Program-made: the position numbers and the translations under genes
In this document: in pieces, positions 28,064 through 38,047 of the stretch
Layout: every line of letters starts with the position of its first letter
How positions within the stretch are numbered: the stretch's first letter is position 1
The notes under the pieces: generated by a model
Databases searched by the model: none
Told to the model about the DNA's origin: nothing
What the model saw: the letters and a program-made list of their open reading frames with translations, nothing else
From: an uncultured Bacteroidota bacterium
GTDB lineage: Bacteria > Bacteroidota > Bacteroidia > Flavobacteriales > Flavobacteriaceae
Length of the DNA stretch: 64,000 bases
Reading direction: 5' to 3'
Assembly: GCA_902512755.1 (NCBI GenBank)
Contig: CABXKB010000003.1
Span: 2,324-66,323, forward strand

Positions 28064-28510
28064 TTATAATATTTTAACAATTTTTATAACTTGATTATTA
28101 AATTCTATTTTATCATCTATTTTTTTTCCAAGTAACAATCTGCCTAATGGACTTTGAGTTGAAATGCAATAAAATATTTTTGAATCGATCTTAAAAATGT
28201 CAACAGCAATAGAAATATAATAATTTGCTTTATCTGTCAAAACAAGAGAACCTAGCCCTATATTTTCTGTATTTTTATAATTTTTGAGAAACTGGAGTTG
28301 TTTATAATTCTGCTCTGTCCCAGCAATTTGAGCACCTAGCTTTTCCATCTCTAAATGAATCATAGCCCTACCAGTTTCATTCTTATCTCCAGCAGAGCTC
28401 TTATTTTCTGAATATAAAGCTTGTTCTAACTCTTTTTTTTTATTATCAAGTACTTTCAGCTTCATTTTTAATTGAATTTCACAATGACTAAATAATTGTT
28501 TTTTTATCAT
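28064..28510 (-). CDS. GreA/GreB-family-like protein
   Basis: 148 aa with an N-terminal coiled coil and a C-terminal region (ISTQSPLGRLLLGKKIDDKIEF) resembling the GreA C-terminal domain. Confidence 0.6.
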   Translation of the reverse strand: MIKKQLFSHCEIQLKMKLKVLDNKKKELEQALYSENKSSAGDKNETGRAMIHLEMEKLGAQIAGTEQNYKQLQFLKNYKNTENIGLGSLVLTDKANYYISIAVDIFKIDSKIFYCISTQSPLGRLLLGKKIDDKIEFNNQVIKIVKIL

Positions 28511-28529
28511 AAAAAAAATAAAAATATCT

Positions 28530-28898
28530 TTAAGTAAAAACAGCTTTTATAATAAATAAAATCCAGCCAATAATTAAAAGAACTCCACCAATTGGAGTTA
28601 TAGGACCTAACCATTTAAGATTATTTTTTAGAATAGATTGAAGTGATAGAAAGAAAATACTTAATGAAAAAAGTAATGTTCCAAAAATAAAAAATATTGC
28701 AACCCATTTCTTACCTTCAAGTGGCATTAAAGTCAATATCAATAAAGCTAGCCCGTGATACATCATATACCTAACACCAACCTCAAAAGAATTTAACTCT
28801 GATTCTGAAAGTATTTTTTTTAATGAGTGAGCACCCAAAGCACCTAATATTACTGAAAGCAAGGAGAAAGTTATTCCAAAAAATTCAATGTTTCTCAT
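28530..28898 (-). CDS. DUF423 domain membrane protein
   Basis: 122 aa, four TM helices, motif GALGAHSLK typical of the DUF423/YgdD family. Confidence 0.75.
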   Translation of the reverse strand: MRNIEFFGITFSLLSVILGALGAHSLKKILSESELNSFEVGVRYMMYHGLALLILTLMPLEGKKWVAIFFIFGTLLFSLSIFFLSLQSILKNNLKWLGPITPIGGVLLIIGWILFIIKAVFT

Positions 28899-28978
28899 AT
28901 AAACTTAAAGCTTGGATTATGTGCTTTGAAAGAAATTATGCCGGGGGCAAATTATTAGGATAGACCTATCATGTTATA

Positions 28979-29320
28979 CTAGATGTAATTTAAACCGATT
29001 ATTAAACCTATAGATCCTCCAATCAACAATGCTATTATCATTACAACATTAGATGTTTTTTTATCTGAATATAATTTAGATGCTAATCGGTTTAAAAAAT
29101 CTAGTTGTTTCGGATAAACTGATTTATCATCTAATGACCTATATATCTTTAAAGCTTTTTGAATGATAATTAATCCTAAAACTTCTAAAAGAATAATTGC
29201 TAACAAGTAATAAATTTCAGTTTTTGAATCACCTGGACTAGCTAATAAAATTATAATACCAGAAAAAATAGCTACATAGGCATAAATTATAGTTTTCCAA
29301 AAGTCTTTCTTAGTTTTCAT
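28979..29320 (-). CDS. Hypothetical membrane protein
   Basis: 113 aa with three hydrophobic helices. No motif recognised. Confidence 0.4.
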   Translation of the reverse strand: MKTKKDFWKTIIYAYVAIFSGIIILLASPGDSKTEIYYLLAIILLEVLGLIIIQKALKIYRSLDDKSVYPKQLDFLNRLASKLYSDKKTSNVVMIIALLIGGSIGLIIGLNYI

Positions 29321-29392
29321 TTAATGGAATTCAAGTGAAATATGTCAATATCAATATATTAGTGTTAAATTAACGAATAATATTATGATTCT

Positions 29393-30832
29393 ATGACTCT
29401 CATTTTAAAAATATTTAAAAACAATAATTATTTAAAGATACTTGTCTTTTCAATTTTATTGAACTCCTGTTCATCTAATGAAAAATCAAAAAATTACTCT
29501 GAAGAAATACAGACTCTCGTAAATTATGTTCAAGATAAAAGTGATTTTAATTATACGATAAAGGACACCATAAAATATAATGGTGCTTCATTATACAGGA
29601 TTAAAATGGATTCTGGAAAGTGGTTAACTAAAGAATTGGTTAATGAGCCTTTATGGTGGCACTGGATTGATGTTGTAGTACCAGACACAGTAGATACGTC
29701 CGCATCATTACTTTTTATAGGTGGCGGATCTAAATTTGAAAATGGTGTTTTTTTAGACAGTCTTTCTGTACAAAAAGCGATTGAAACAAAATCGATAATT
29801 AGCCATTTAAGCAACATACCTTTTCAGCCACTAAAATTTCAATCAAGTGATTCTATTGAACGTTATGAGGATAATTTAATCGCATATGGTTGGAATCAGT
29901 TTCTTCAAGGAGGAGCCAAAAAAGGTGATGTGGAGTGGTTAGCAAGGTTTCCAATGACTCGTGCAGTAGTAAGAGCGATGGATGTAATTCAAGAGATCAC
30001 ATCGAGCAAAGAAAATGCTGTAAAAAAGTTTTTTATTTCTGGAGCGTCAAAAAGAGGCTGGACCACATGGACTACAGCCGCAGTAGATAATAGAGTTATG
30101 GGCATGGCTCCATTGGTGATTGATCTTTTAAATTTAGTCCCTTCTTTTGATCATCATTATAAAGTTTATGGTGATTGGTCACCAGCTGTTAATGATTATG
30201 TTGAATTTCAAATTATGGATTGGATGAATACTAAAGAGTTTAAAAAACTCATGAACTACGTTGAACCTTATCAATTCAAGGAGCTTTTTACAATGCCTAA
30301 ATTAATTGTAAATGGCACTATCGATGAATTCTTCGTAACAGATTCATGGAAATTCTATTGGGAAGATATTCCTGATAAAAAATATCTTCAATATGTTCCA
30401 AATGGAAATCATGGCTTAACAGAAGGTTATCGATATCAAAATGTCTTTTCCTTTTACGACAGACTTATTCATTCCAGAGATTTACCACAAATGAAGTGGC
30501 ATATTGAAAAAGATGTATTTCACCTAGATTTAGGAATAGATACACCATATAATATTAGCCTTTGGAAGATAAATAATCCAAATTCAAGAGATTTTAGAAT
30601 ATGGGAAGTTGGTAGAAATTGGAAAAAAATAGTGATAGAAAATAATAAATCAGGTAAGTATGAGATTACAGCTCCAATAGATGATGGCTTTACTGCTTCA
30701 CTTGTTGAGGTTGTTTTTTATCCAGATTCTGAAGCACCAATAACCTTAACTACAGGAACTCAGGTTTTACCTAATAAATATTCATTTTCATCATATGAAT
30801 CAAAAATTAAAACAAAAGAGGAGGGTAAATAA
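29393..30832 (+). CDS. PhoPQ-activated pathogenicity-related (PqaA-type) family protein
   Basis: 479 aa with a lipoprotein-like signal (LLNSCSS). Core FISGASKRGWTTWTTAAVDNRV is characteristic of the PqaA-type alpha/beta hydrolase-like family. Confidence 0.75.
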   Translation: MTLILKIFKNNNYLKILVFSILLNSCSSNEKSKNYSEEIQTLVNYVQDKSDFNYTIKDTIKYNGASLYRIKMDSGKWLTKELVNEPLWWHWIDVVVPDTVDTSASLLFIGGGSKFENGVFLDSLSVQKAIETKSIISHLSNIPFQPLKFQSSDSIERYEDNLIAYGWNQFLQGGAKKGDVEWLARFPMTRAVVRAMDVIQEITSSKENAVKKFFISGASKRGWTTWTTAAVDNRVMGMAPLVIDLLNLVPSFDHHYKVYGDWSPAVNDYVEFQIMDWMNTKEFKKLMNYVEPYQFKELFTMPKLIVNGTIDEFFVTDSWKFYWEDIPDKKYLQYVPNGNHGLTEGYRYQNVFSFYDRLIHSRDLPQMKWHIEKDVFHLDLGIDTPYNISLWKINNPNSRDFRIWEVGRNWKKIVIENNKSGKYEITAPIDDGFTASLVEVVFYPDSEAPITLTTGTQVLPNKYSFSSYESKIKTKEEGK

Positions 30833-30878
30833 ATCTGGATATTATTATTTATTTAGTTGGTGTAGAAAATAAGAAATT

Positions 30879-32024
30879 TTAAACTTTAGTATTATATATA
30901 TCTTTAACCTGAGAACAACTCAATTGCTCCATAATTTGGATTAATTGCGTTTTAAGCATTGATATGGTGTGATATCCTCCCTTTTTCCCTAAAGCTGAAA
31001 CACCATACATAAAAGTTCGTCCCATAAAACTAAAATCAATACCAGTTGACATCACTCGAGCCACATCAGCACCACCACGGATTCCACTATCCATCATCAA
31101 AGTTATTTTATCCTTATACAAAGGCGCTATAGTTTTTATAGAATCAATAGTTGCTTGGCCGACATCTACTTGGCGTCCACCATGATTTGACACAATTACT
31201 CCGTCCAGTCCTAATTGACAAGCCATTTCTACGTCTTGAATGGACTCAGCTCCTTTTAAAACAAGTTTTCCTTTCCATAAATCACGAATCTTTTTAATTT
31301 TTTCTTCATTCAATCGCCCTGAAAAAGTAGCATCCATAAATTTGGCCAATTGACTAAGGTTTAATTTTTTTGGCATGTAAGGTTTTAATGTTTCAAAACT
31401 TGGCTGCCCATTAATAATAGTTTGAAATAACCAATGAGGTCGTTTAATTGCATTAACAATATTTGTGAGTGTCATTTTAGGAGGCATAGATAGTCCGTTA
31501 CGGATATCTCTAGGCCGATAACCAAAAGAGGGAACATCTGCAAGTATAACTAAAACAGGACATTCAGCTACTTCAGCTCTTTTTAAAATATCCTTAGTAA
31601 CACTTTCTTCAGCTGGATGATATAGTTGAAACCACGCTTTGCCTTCAGTGATTTCTGCTATCCTCTCGATGCTTGCAGTCGTAACAGTACTTAAAACGAA
31701 GGGAACGTTGTGATCAAATGCCGCCTTGGCTAATATTTCAGGTGACTTTGGCCACATAAGTCCCTGTAAACCGATTGGTGAAATACCAAAAGGTGCATCA
31801 TAAATATGTCCAAAAAGTTCTGCTTTTAAGCTTGGTTTATCATAATCTACCAAATATTTAGGCTTAAGTTCAATATCTCGAATCCTTTGTGTATTTTTTT
31901 TCAGATTCACATCATCATTACAACCACCATCCAAATATTCAAATGCAAACTTTGGAATTTTAGATCTAGATCGCTCCCGTAAGTCACCCACCGAGGGATA
32001 TTTATGATTTATATCATTTTTCAT
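30879..32024 (-). CDS. FMN-dependent alpha-hydroxy acid dehydrogenase (L-lactate dehydrogenase-like)
   Basis: 381 aa TIM-barrel flavoenzyme motifs (WFQLY, VSNHGGRQVD, DSGIRGG). Confidence 0.8.
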   Translation of the reverse strand: MKNDINHKYPSVGDLRERSRSKIPKFAFEYLDGGCNDDVNLKKNTQRIRDIELKPKYLVDYDKPSLKAELFGHIYDAPFGISPIGLQGLMWPKSPEILAKAAFDHNVPFVLSTVTTASIERIAEITEGKAWFQLYHPAEESVTKDILKRAEVAECPVLVILADVPSFGYRPRDIRNGLSMPPKMTLTNIVNAIKRPHWLFQTIINGQPSFETLKPYMPKKLNLSQLAKFMDATFSGRLNEEKIKKIRDLWKGKLVLKGAESIQDVEMACQLGLDGVIVSNHGGRQVDVGQATIDSIKTIAPLYKDKITLMMDSGIRGGADVARVMSTGIDFSFMGRTFMYGVSALGKKGGYHTISMLKTQLIQIMEQLSCSQVKDIYNTKV

Positions 32025-32377
32025 AGATGTGATTCGTTTAAGTCATAAATCTTATCCATCAGTACCCATTTCACTCCTGGCTTTGAATTTGGAAGTGACT
32101 GTTGAAATTCCCACATAAGAGTTTCCCATTCTACTACTTTTGGATTACTATTATCTAGTCTAGCTTTTTTATTAAATGAAAATGATTTATCAACTTCTAG
32201 AATCATAAAAAGCCTATTTCCTGTACAGAATATCTCAGCACTTGTAATCCCTGAATCTTTAAGACTTTTATTTATTTCTGGCCATACGTTTTTATGATAC
32301 TCTACATAAGCATCTATCTTTTCTTTTTCATCTTTTAGATCCAATGCCAAACAATATTTTTCCAACTTATAAGCCAT
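32021..32377 (-). CDS. L-rhamnose mutarotase family protein
   Basis: 118 aa with the ferredoxin-like RhaM pattern (YVEYHKNVWPEI ... WETLMWEFQ). Confidence 0.75.
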   Translation of the reverse strand: MAYKLEKYCLALDLKDEKEKIDAYVEYHKNVWPEINKSLKDSGITSAEIFCTGNRLFMILEVDKSFSFNKKARLDNSNPKVVEWETLMWEFQQSLPNSKPGVKWVLMDKIYDLNESHL

Positions 32378-33168
32378 TATCTTTTATACTTAAGCGCCCT
32401 GTCTAAATGAGTATATCCACCGTCTACATACAATAATTGACCCGTGGTGTGACTGGATCTTTCGGATAGTAAAAATGCAACAGCGTTAGCAATTTCAGTT
32501 GTTGTTGTCATGCGCTGTTCTAAAGGAATTTTATCTGTTATGGATTTCAACTTTTCTTTTGGATTTTCGAAAGTCTTAATCCATTTTTCATAAAGCGGGG
32601 TATAACATTCAGCAACAATGATAGAGTTTACTCGAATCCCATAGGGTAATAGCTCAATTGCCCATTCCCTTGTGAGCGCATTACGTCCTCCATTAGCTGC
32701 CGCATAACCTGATGTTCCTCCTTGTCCAGTGTCCGCAACTTTGGAACTAATATTTACAATTACACCTTTATTCTTCTTAAGTTCAGGCAATACCAAATGT
32801 CCCATCATGTAATAATGAGTTAAATTACGTTTAATTGACTCCATAAATTCAACATAATTTCCAGATTCTAATCCAATGCTATCATTAATGCCCGCATTAT
32901 TTACAAGACCATCAATTCGACCATACTTTTTCAAAATCTCTTTAATAGCTATTTCACATTGCTTAGGTTCGGTTAACTCCGCAAATGCGTGACCAACTTT
33001 TAGATTCTTTTTATTAAACTCAACAATCAATTTTTCTATACTTGGCTTGTTTCTCCCAACTATAATTGGAAATGCAGCTTCTTTTGCTAATAATGACACG
33101 ATTGCCGCACCTATGCCTTTTGAGCCACCTGTTACAATAATTATTTTATCTTTTAATCCTAAATCCAT
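32377..33168 (-). CDS. Short-chain dehydrogenase/reductase (candidate 2-keto-3-deoxy-L-fuconate/rhamnonate 4-dehydrogenase)
   Basis: TGGSKGIG cofactor motif and NNAG. The Met at 33168 is preferred because it abuts the upstream stop; the track start is 33195. Confidence 0.75.
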   Translation of the reverse strand: MDLGLKDKIIIVTGGSKGIGAAIVSLLAKEAAFPIIVGRNKPSIEKLIVEFNKKNLKVGHAFAELTEPKQCEIAIKEILKKYGRIDGLVNNAGINDSIGLESGNYVEFMESIKRNLTHYYMMGHLVLPELKKNKGVIVNISSKVADTGQGGTSGYAAANGGRNALTREWAIELLPYGIRVNSIIVAECYTPLYEKWIKTFENPKEKLKSITDKIPLEQRMTTTTEIANAVAFLLSERSSHTTGQLLYVDGGYTHLDRALKYKR

Positions 33169-33169
33169 A

Positions 33170-33994
33170 TTACAGATTATATATTTTAATAGCATTAATG
33201 CCCATTACTTGAGCTTTTATATCAGCTGAATGCAGATCAAGGTAATTATTAATCAACGTAACAACTTTTTTATAATTTGTTGCAAGGAGACACACAGGCC
33301 AATCAGAGCCAAATAAGAGTCGGTTTGAACCAAATGAATTAAAAACATGATCCATGAAAGGTTCAAAATCTTTGTCTGTAAAGGAAAAGTTTTCAGTTTC
33401 TGTTACCATACCTGATATCTTACAACTTACATTTTCAAATTTAGACAAAGTTGTAATATTTGCCTTCCATGTCTCATTCATTGGCATTGAAATATTTGGT
33501 TTTCCAATGTGATCCAAAATAAAATTTTGTTCGGGAAACCTGTCTACTAACTCTAAAACAGATGGAAGTTGCTTTGGAAAAACAAGAATATCATAAGTGA
33601 GGTTATATTTAGCGAGCTTACTGATCCCATTTTGAACATCTTTACGGAGTAAATAATCATCTTTTTCTGACTGGACAATATGCCTTACTCCTTTAAACAG
33701 TGGATTGGCGGCATAATGAGCCAATCGGGCTTCTACATTTTCAGCGGTTAAATCAACCCAACCAACCACTCCTTTGATAAAATGATTTTTATCAGCACAT
33801 GATAATAAAAATTCTGTCTCTGCTTCAGATTGGTCTGCTTGAACTGAGACACATCCATCTATCTTATTTTCTAAAAGAATAGTTTTTAAATCTTCAGGTA
33901 GAAAATTTTTTTGAATAGAACACATAGATTCATCTATCCAAGAATCTCTAACAGGATCATAGTTCCAAAAATGCTGGTGGCTATCTATAATCAT
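33170..33994 (-). CDS. Amidohydrolase_2 family protein (candidate sugar-1,5-lactonase)
   Basis: IIDSHQHFW metal-binding start and a conserved C-terminal GSDWPV. Starting at 33994 gives a TAATG overlap with the upstream gene; the track start is 34009. Confidence 0.75.
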   Translation of the reverse strand: MIIDSHQHFWNYDPVRDSWIDESMCSIQKNFLPEDLKTILLENKIDGCVSVQADQSEAETEFLLSCADKNHFIKGVVGWVDLTAENVEARLAHYAANPLFKGVRHIVQSEKDDYLLRKDVQNGISKLAKYNLTYDILVFPKQLPSVLELVDRFPEQNFILDHIGKPNISMPMNETWKANITTLSKFENVSCKISGMVTETENFSFTDKDFEPFMDHVFNSFGSNRLLFGSDWPVCLLATNYKKVVTLINNYLDLHSADIKAQVMGINAIKIYNL

Positions 33995-34845
33995 TAGAAT
34001 TTTACACATCTTTGCTTTGAGGTACCTAATCCCTCTATTCCAAGTTCCACAACATCACCCTCTTTTAGATATCTTGGAGGTGTTAGTCCCATTCCCACAC
34101 CAAAAGGTGTACCAGTTGAGATAATATCTCCTGGTAATAAAGTCATAAATTGACTTATATAACTTACAACATATTGAATATTGAAAATAAAATCAGAAGT
34201 ATTACTCTTTTGCATTACCTCACCGTTTAGATTTAGCCAAAGGTCAAGATTGTTTGGATCTTTAATTTCATCAGATGTGGCAATAAAGGGTCCGACAGGC
34301 GCAAAAGAATCACAACTTTTCCCTTTTACCCATTGCCCAGAACGCTCTAATTGATATGCACGTTCACTCACATCATTATGTAATACATAACCAAATACGT
34401 GATCCATAGCATCAATTTCACTTACATAAGAAGCTTTTTTACCAATTATGACTGCTAATTCAACTTCCCAATCTGTTTTTTTACTTCCTTTTGGAATAAC
34501 AATTGAATCATATGGTCCAACAATAGCAGAACTTGCCTTGAAAAATAAAATAGGTTCTTCAGGGATATCCATCCCACTTTCCGCAGCGTGTTTTGCATAA
34601 TTTAAACCAACACATACAATTTTGGAAGGTCGCACTAAAGGTGGCCCTAGGCGAATACTTTTATCAATAATTGGACAAATATCTAGGTTGATTTCTAACC
34701 AATCCCTAAGCTTTTGTGTGCCATTTCCTCTGAAAAAAGCTTCGTCATAATCACTCCCAAAAGCCGAAATATCTCTCCTAGTTCCATCTGTAGTTATTAC
34801 GCCTGGTTTTTCATTATTAATTGCTCCAAATCGGATAAGCTTCAT
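33994..34845 (-). CDS. Fumarylacetoacetate hydrolase family protein (candidate 2,4-diketo-3-deoxy-sugar-acid hydrolase)
   Basis: 283 aa with FAH-fold motifs (VGLNYAKH, WEVELAVIIG, GDIISTGTP.GVG). Confidence 0.8.
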   Translation of the reverse strand: MKLIRFGAINNEKPGVITTDGTRRDISAFGSDYDEAFFRGNGTQKLRDWLEINLDICPIIDKSIRLGPPLVRPSKIVCVGLNYAKHAAESGMDIPEEPILFFKASSAIVGPYDSIVIPKGSKKTDWEVELAVIIGKKASYVSEIDAMDHVFGYVLHNDVSERAYQLERSGQWVKGKSCDSFAPVGPFIATSDEIKDPNNLDLWLNLNGEVMQKSNTSDFIFNIQYVVSYISQFMTLLPGDIISTGTPFGVGMGLTPPRYLKEGDVVELGIEGLGTSKQRCVKF

Positions 34846-34851
34846 AATATA

Positions 34852-35637
34852 TTATTTTGAGTTAAGTGTTACATACCCTCCATCAATTCCATAATTCGAT
34901 CCTGTTATGAAGCTTGATTCTTTTGAACATAAAAATAGAGCCAAGTCTGCAATTTCTTGTGGCTTTCCCATACGTCCTATTGGTTGAGTATTTGAGAGTT
35001 TATCAAACATTTCTGATTCTTTTCCTGGATAATTTTTCTTGATAAACCCGTCTACAAATGGAGTATGCACCCTAGCAGGAGATATGCAATTACAACGAAT
35101 GTTATGGTCTATGTAATCTTTAGCAATGGAATAGGTCATTGTTAAAACTGCTCCTTTAGTCATTGAATAAGCAAAACGATCTGTAATTCCTACAGTTGAA
35201 GCAATTGACGCCATATTTAAAATTATTCCACCACCTTTGTTTTTCATTATTGGAATACAAGCTTTCGAAAAATTATAGACTCCCTTAATATTAATTTCAT
35301 AAAGTCTGTCTAAATCTTCCTCAGAACAGGCCTCAATGTTACCAACATGCGCTATTCCAGCATTATTTATTAAAATATCGACAGGTGACACTTTAGATAT
35401 TTGATTTACTATTTTATAAACTTGTTTATAATTGGCTACATTACAATGATATGCATTAGCCTTAAAACCTTTTGAGCTTATTTCTTCTGCTATCTTATTT
35501 GCCATATCAATATTAATATCCAAAATATGTACATCAGCACCTTGTTTACCAAAAGTTTTTGCAATTGCTTTACCTATTCCACTTCCTCCTCCAGTAATTA
35601 TTACTGTTTGATTTTGTAATGAGAATTTTGTTTTCAT
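34852..35637 (-). CDS. Short-chain dehydrogenase/reductase (candidate L-fucose/sugar 1-dehydrogenase)
   Basis: TGGGSGIGKA, NNAG and the YSMTKGAV (YxxxK) catalytic motif. Confidence 0.8.
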   Translation of the reverse strand: MKTKFSLQNQTVIITGGGSGIGKAIAKTFGKQGADVHILDINIDMANKIAEEISSKGFKANAYHCNVANYKQVYKIVNQISKVSPVDILINNAGIAHVGNIEACSEEDLDRLYEINIKGVYNFSKACIPIMKNKGGGIILNMASIASTVGITDRFAYSMTKGAVLTMTYSIAKDYIDHNIRCNCISPARVHTPFVDGFIKKNYPGKESEMFDKLSNTQPIGRMGKPQEIADLALFLCSKESSFITGSNYGIDGGYVTLNSK

Positions 35638-35646
35638 TTATACATG

Positions 35647-37311
35647 CTATAGTGATAATCCTCTTTTCCAAGGAATAAAATCGTTCTGCCCTAATCTACG
35701 TGCATTTATCTCAACTTCTCCACTTGCAACTCTAATAATATAAGATAATAATTCCTTTCCACAACTTTCAATTGTTTCCGAACCTTCAATAATAGTGCCT
35801 GTATTAAAGTCAATGATGTCGTTCATTTTATTGAATAGTGGCGTATTTGTGGATACTTTTATTACGGGTACTGCAGGGTTTCCTGTTGGCGTACCTAAAC
35901 CAGTAGTAAATAAGATAATATTTGCTCCCGACCCTGCAAGGCCGGTTGTGGATTCGACATCATTACCTGGAGTACACAAAAGGTTTAAACCTGGATTAAC
36001 TAATTGTTCAGTGTAGTCCAAGACGTCAACTACTGGTGAAGTTCCTCCTTTTTTTGCAGCACCTGCAGATTTAATTGCATCGGTTATTAGTCCGTCTTTA
36101 ATATTACCTGGTGAAGGATTTGCACGAAAACCAGCACCAGAAGCAGTCGCTTTAGTATCATATTCATACATGATTTTTGCAAATTTTTCTGCTTTTTTGA
36201 CATCAATACAACGGTTAATAAGTTCTTGTTCTACGCCATTTAGCTCTGGAAATTCAGAAAGAATTGCAGATCCTCCTAATCCGACAATGAGATCAGAGAC
36301 ATAACCCAAAGTTGGATTAGCAGAAATTCCAGAAAAACCGTCTGATCCGCCACACTCCAAGCCGATAATCAACTTACTTAATGATGCAGATTTTCTAAAA
36401 TTTTTATTCGCTTCAACAAGTCCTATAAAAGTCTTTTTAATAGCCTCTGATATATATTCAGTTTCTGAATTACTTTGTTGTTGTTCTAAAAAGAAAACTG
36501 TTTTTTTAGAGTTTGGTGCGATACGTTTTATAGATCTTTCAAGGATGCTAATTTGCGCATGTTGACATCCTAAACTAAGAATTGTAGCACCTGCGACATT
36601 TGGATTATTAATATATCCTGCTAATAAATTACAGAGTGTGACAGCGTCTGAAGTTGAGCCTCCACAACCTCCATCATGGGTTAGAAAGTAAATACCGTCT
36701 ACGTTTGGAAACAGAGGATTCTTTTGCTTTTTTTTATTATCAGTAATGATATTTACCTTCATAAGGTCACTTTCAGAGGTGCCTGATTTGTATTTGTCTA
36801 TTAATTCTGTAATATCAAATTTCTGTTTACTCTGGTTCTCATAACCTAATCCTTTTAGGATGGCATTCTTAAGAGTTTCTATATTTCTATTTTGACAAAA
36901 GACAAGTGGAATAACAAGCCAATTATTCTCAGTACCAACACTTCCATTATCACGATGATAGCCCAAAAAGGTCTTCTTTGAAAATAAGTCTGAATCCGGA
37001 CAATCCCAACAAATATTATTGTTTTTTGATGGTATAGAATATTCTCCGATTTCGTGGATAACATTTTTAGTTGTTATGCCTTCTCCCTTTTTGATTTTCT
37101 TTTTTGCTCTCCCTACAACGAGACCATACATATAAATTGTATCTCCAATTCCTATCTCTTTAATTGCAAATTTATGCTTGGCAGAAATATTTTCATTTAA
37201 ACATATAGAAAAATCGTCATTCTCAATAATCTCTCCCATGTGCAAATCTGAAAGTGCAACTATCACGTTGTCAATAGGATCAATTTTTAATATTTTTGAT
37301 TTTAATTTCAT
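35647..37311 (-). CDS. UxaA/altronate dehydratase family sugar-acid dehydratase
   Basis: 554 aa with an N-terminal SAF domain (DNVIVALSDL) and the large UxaA C-terminal domain (HDGGCGGS, LECGGSDGFSG). Confidence 0.85.
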   Translation of the reverse strand: MKLKSKILKIDPIDNVIVALSDLHMGEIIENDDFSICLNENISAKHKFAIKEIGIGDTIYMYGLVVGRAKKKIKKGEGITTKNVIHEIGEYSIPSKNNNICWDCPDSDLFSKKTFLGYHRDNGSVGTENNWLVIPLVFCQNRNIETLKNAILKGLGYENQSKQKFDITELIDKYKSGTSESDLMKVNIITDNKKKQKNPLFPNVDGIYFLTHDGGCGGSTSDAVTLCNLLAGYINNPNVAGATILSLGCQHAQISILERSIKRIAPNSKKTVFFLEQQQSNSETEYISEAIKKTFIGLVEANKNFRKSASLSKLIIGLECGGSDGFSGISANPTLGYVSDLIVGLGGSAILSEFPELNGVEQELINRCIDVKKAEKFAKIMYEYDTKATASGAGFRANPSPGNIKDGLITDAIKSAGAAKKGGTSPVVDVLDYTEQLVNPGLNLLCTPGNDVESTTGLAGSGANIILFTTGLGTPTGNPAVPVIKVSTNTPLFNKMNDIIDFNTGTIIEGSETIESCGKELLSYIIRVASGEVEINARRLGQNDFIPWKRGLSL

Positions 37312-37369
37312 TATAGCTTAGATAAGATGAGGTTGGTTTTGTAAAACCAATTATTACTAAATTAGTTAA

Positions 37370-38038
37370 TTAGGATCGAATTTTTTTGATTAATTCGAGT
37401 GTGTTTGATACCCTATTTTTTAACTTTTCGTAATTCTTATTATCTAAAATTTCTTTAGAAATCAATTTTGACCCTAGTCCTACACAACTTGCACCTCCCT
37501 CGAACCAAGATCTAAGATTTTCTTCTTCAATTGTTACACCACCAGTAGGCATTATTGAAGTCCATGGCTGAGGAGCTTTAATTGCTTTTATAAAATCTGC
37601 CCCATATGTGTTTCCAGGGAATAGTTTTACTAGTTCACACCCTTTTTCTTCTGCTTTGGCAATTTCAGTGAGTGTTCCACAGCCTGGAATCCAAAGCACT
37701 TTTCTTCGATTACATACAATTGCTATATCTTTTCGAAATACAGGAGTAACGACAAAATTTGCTCCATGAAGCATGTATTGAGATGCAGCTGCAGCATCTG
37801 TAACCGAACCTATTCCAATTATCATCCCTGGAAGCTCTTTATTCGAATATTTAATTAGGGCTGAAAAAACTTCTAGTGCAAAATCACCACGATTTGTAAA
37901 TTCCATTAACCTTGCGCCTCCTTCATAACACGCTTTCAATATGGCTTTAGAAGAATCTATATCATTATTATAAAAAAGAGGAACCATTCCTGATTCATTC
38001 ATCTGATTTAATACTTGAAGTCTGCTATATTTTGCCAT
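37370..38038 (-). CDS. eda: KHG/KDPG aldolase
   Basis: 222 aa class I aldolase TIM barrel (VPLFYN, GAGSV-like IGIGSV, KLFPG, PTGGV). Confidence 0.85.
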   Translation of the reverse strand: MAKYSRLQVLNQMNESGMVPLFYNNDIDSSKAILKACYEGGARLMEFTNRGDFALEVFSALIKYSNKELPGMIIGIGSVTDAAAASQYMLHGANFVVTPVFRKDIAIVCNRRKVLWIPGCGTLTEIAKAEEKGCELVKLFPGNTYGADFIKAIKAPQPWTSIMPTGGVTIEEENLRSWFEGGASCVGLGSKLISKEILDNKNYEKLKNRVSNTLELIKKIRS

Positions 38039-38047
38039 AATTTAAAA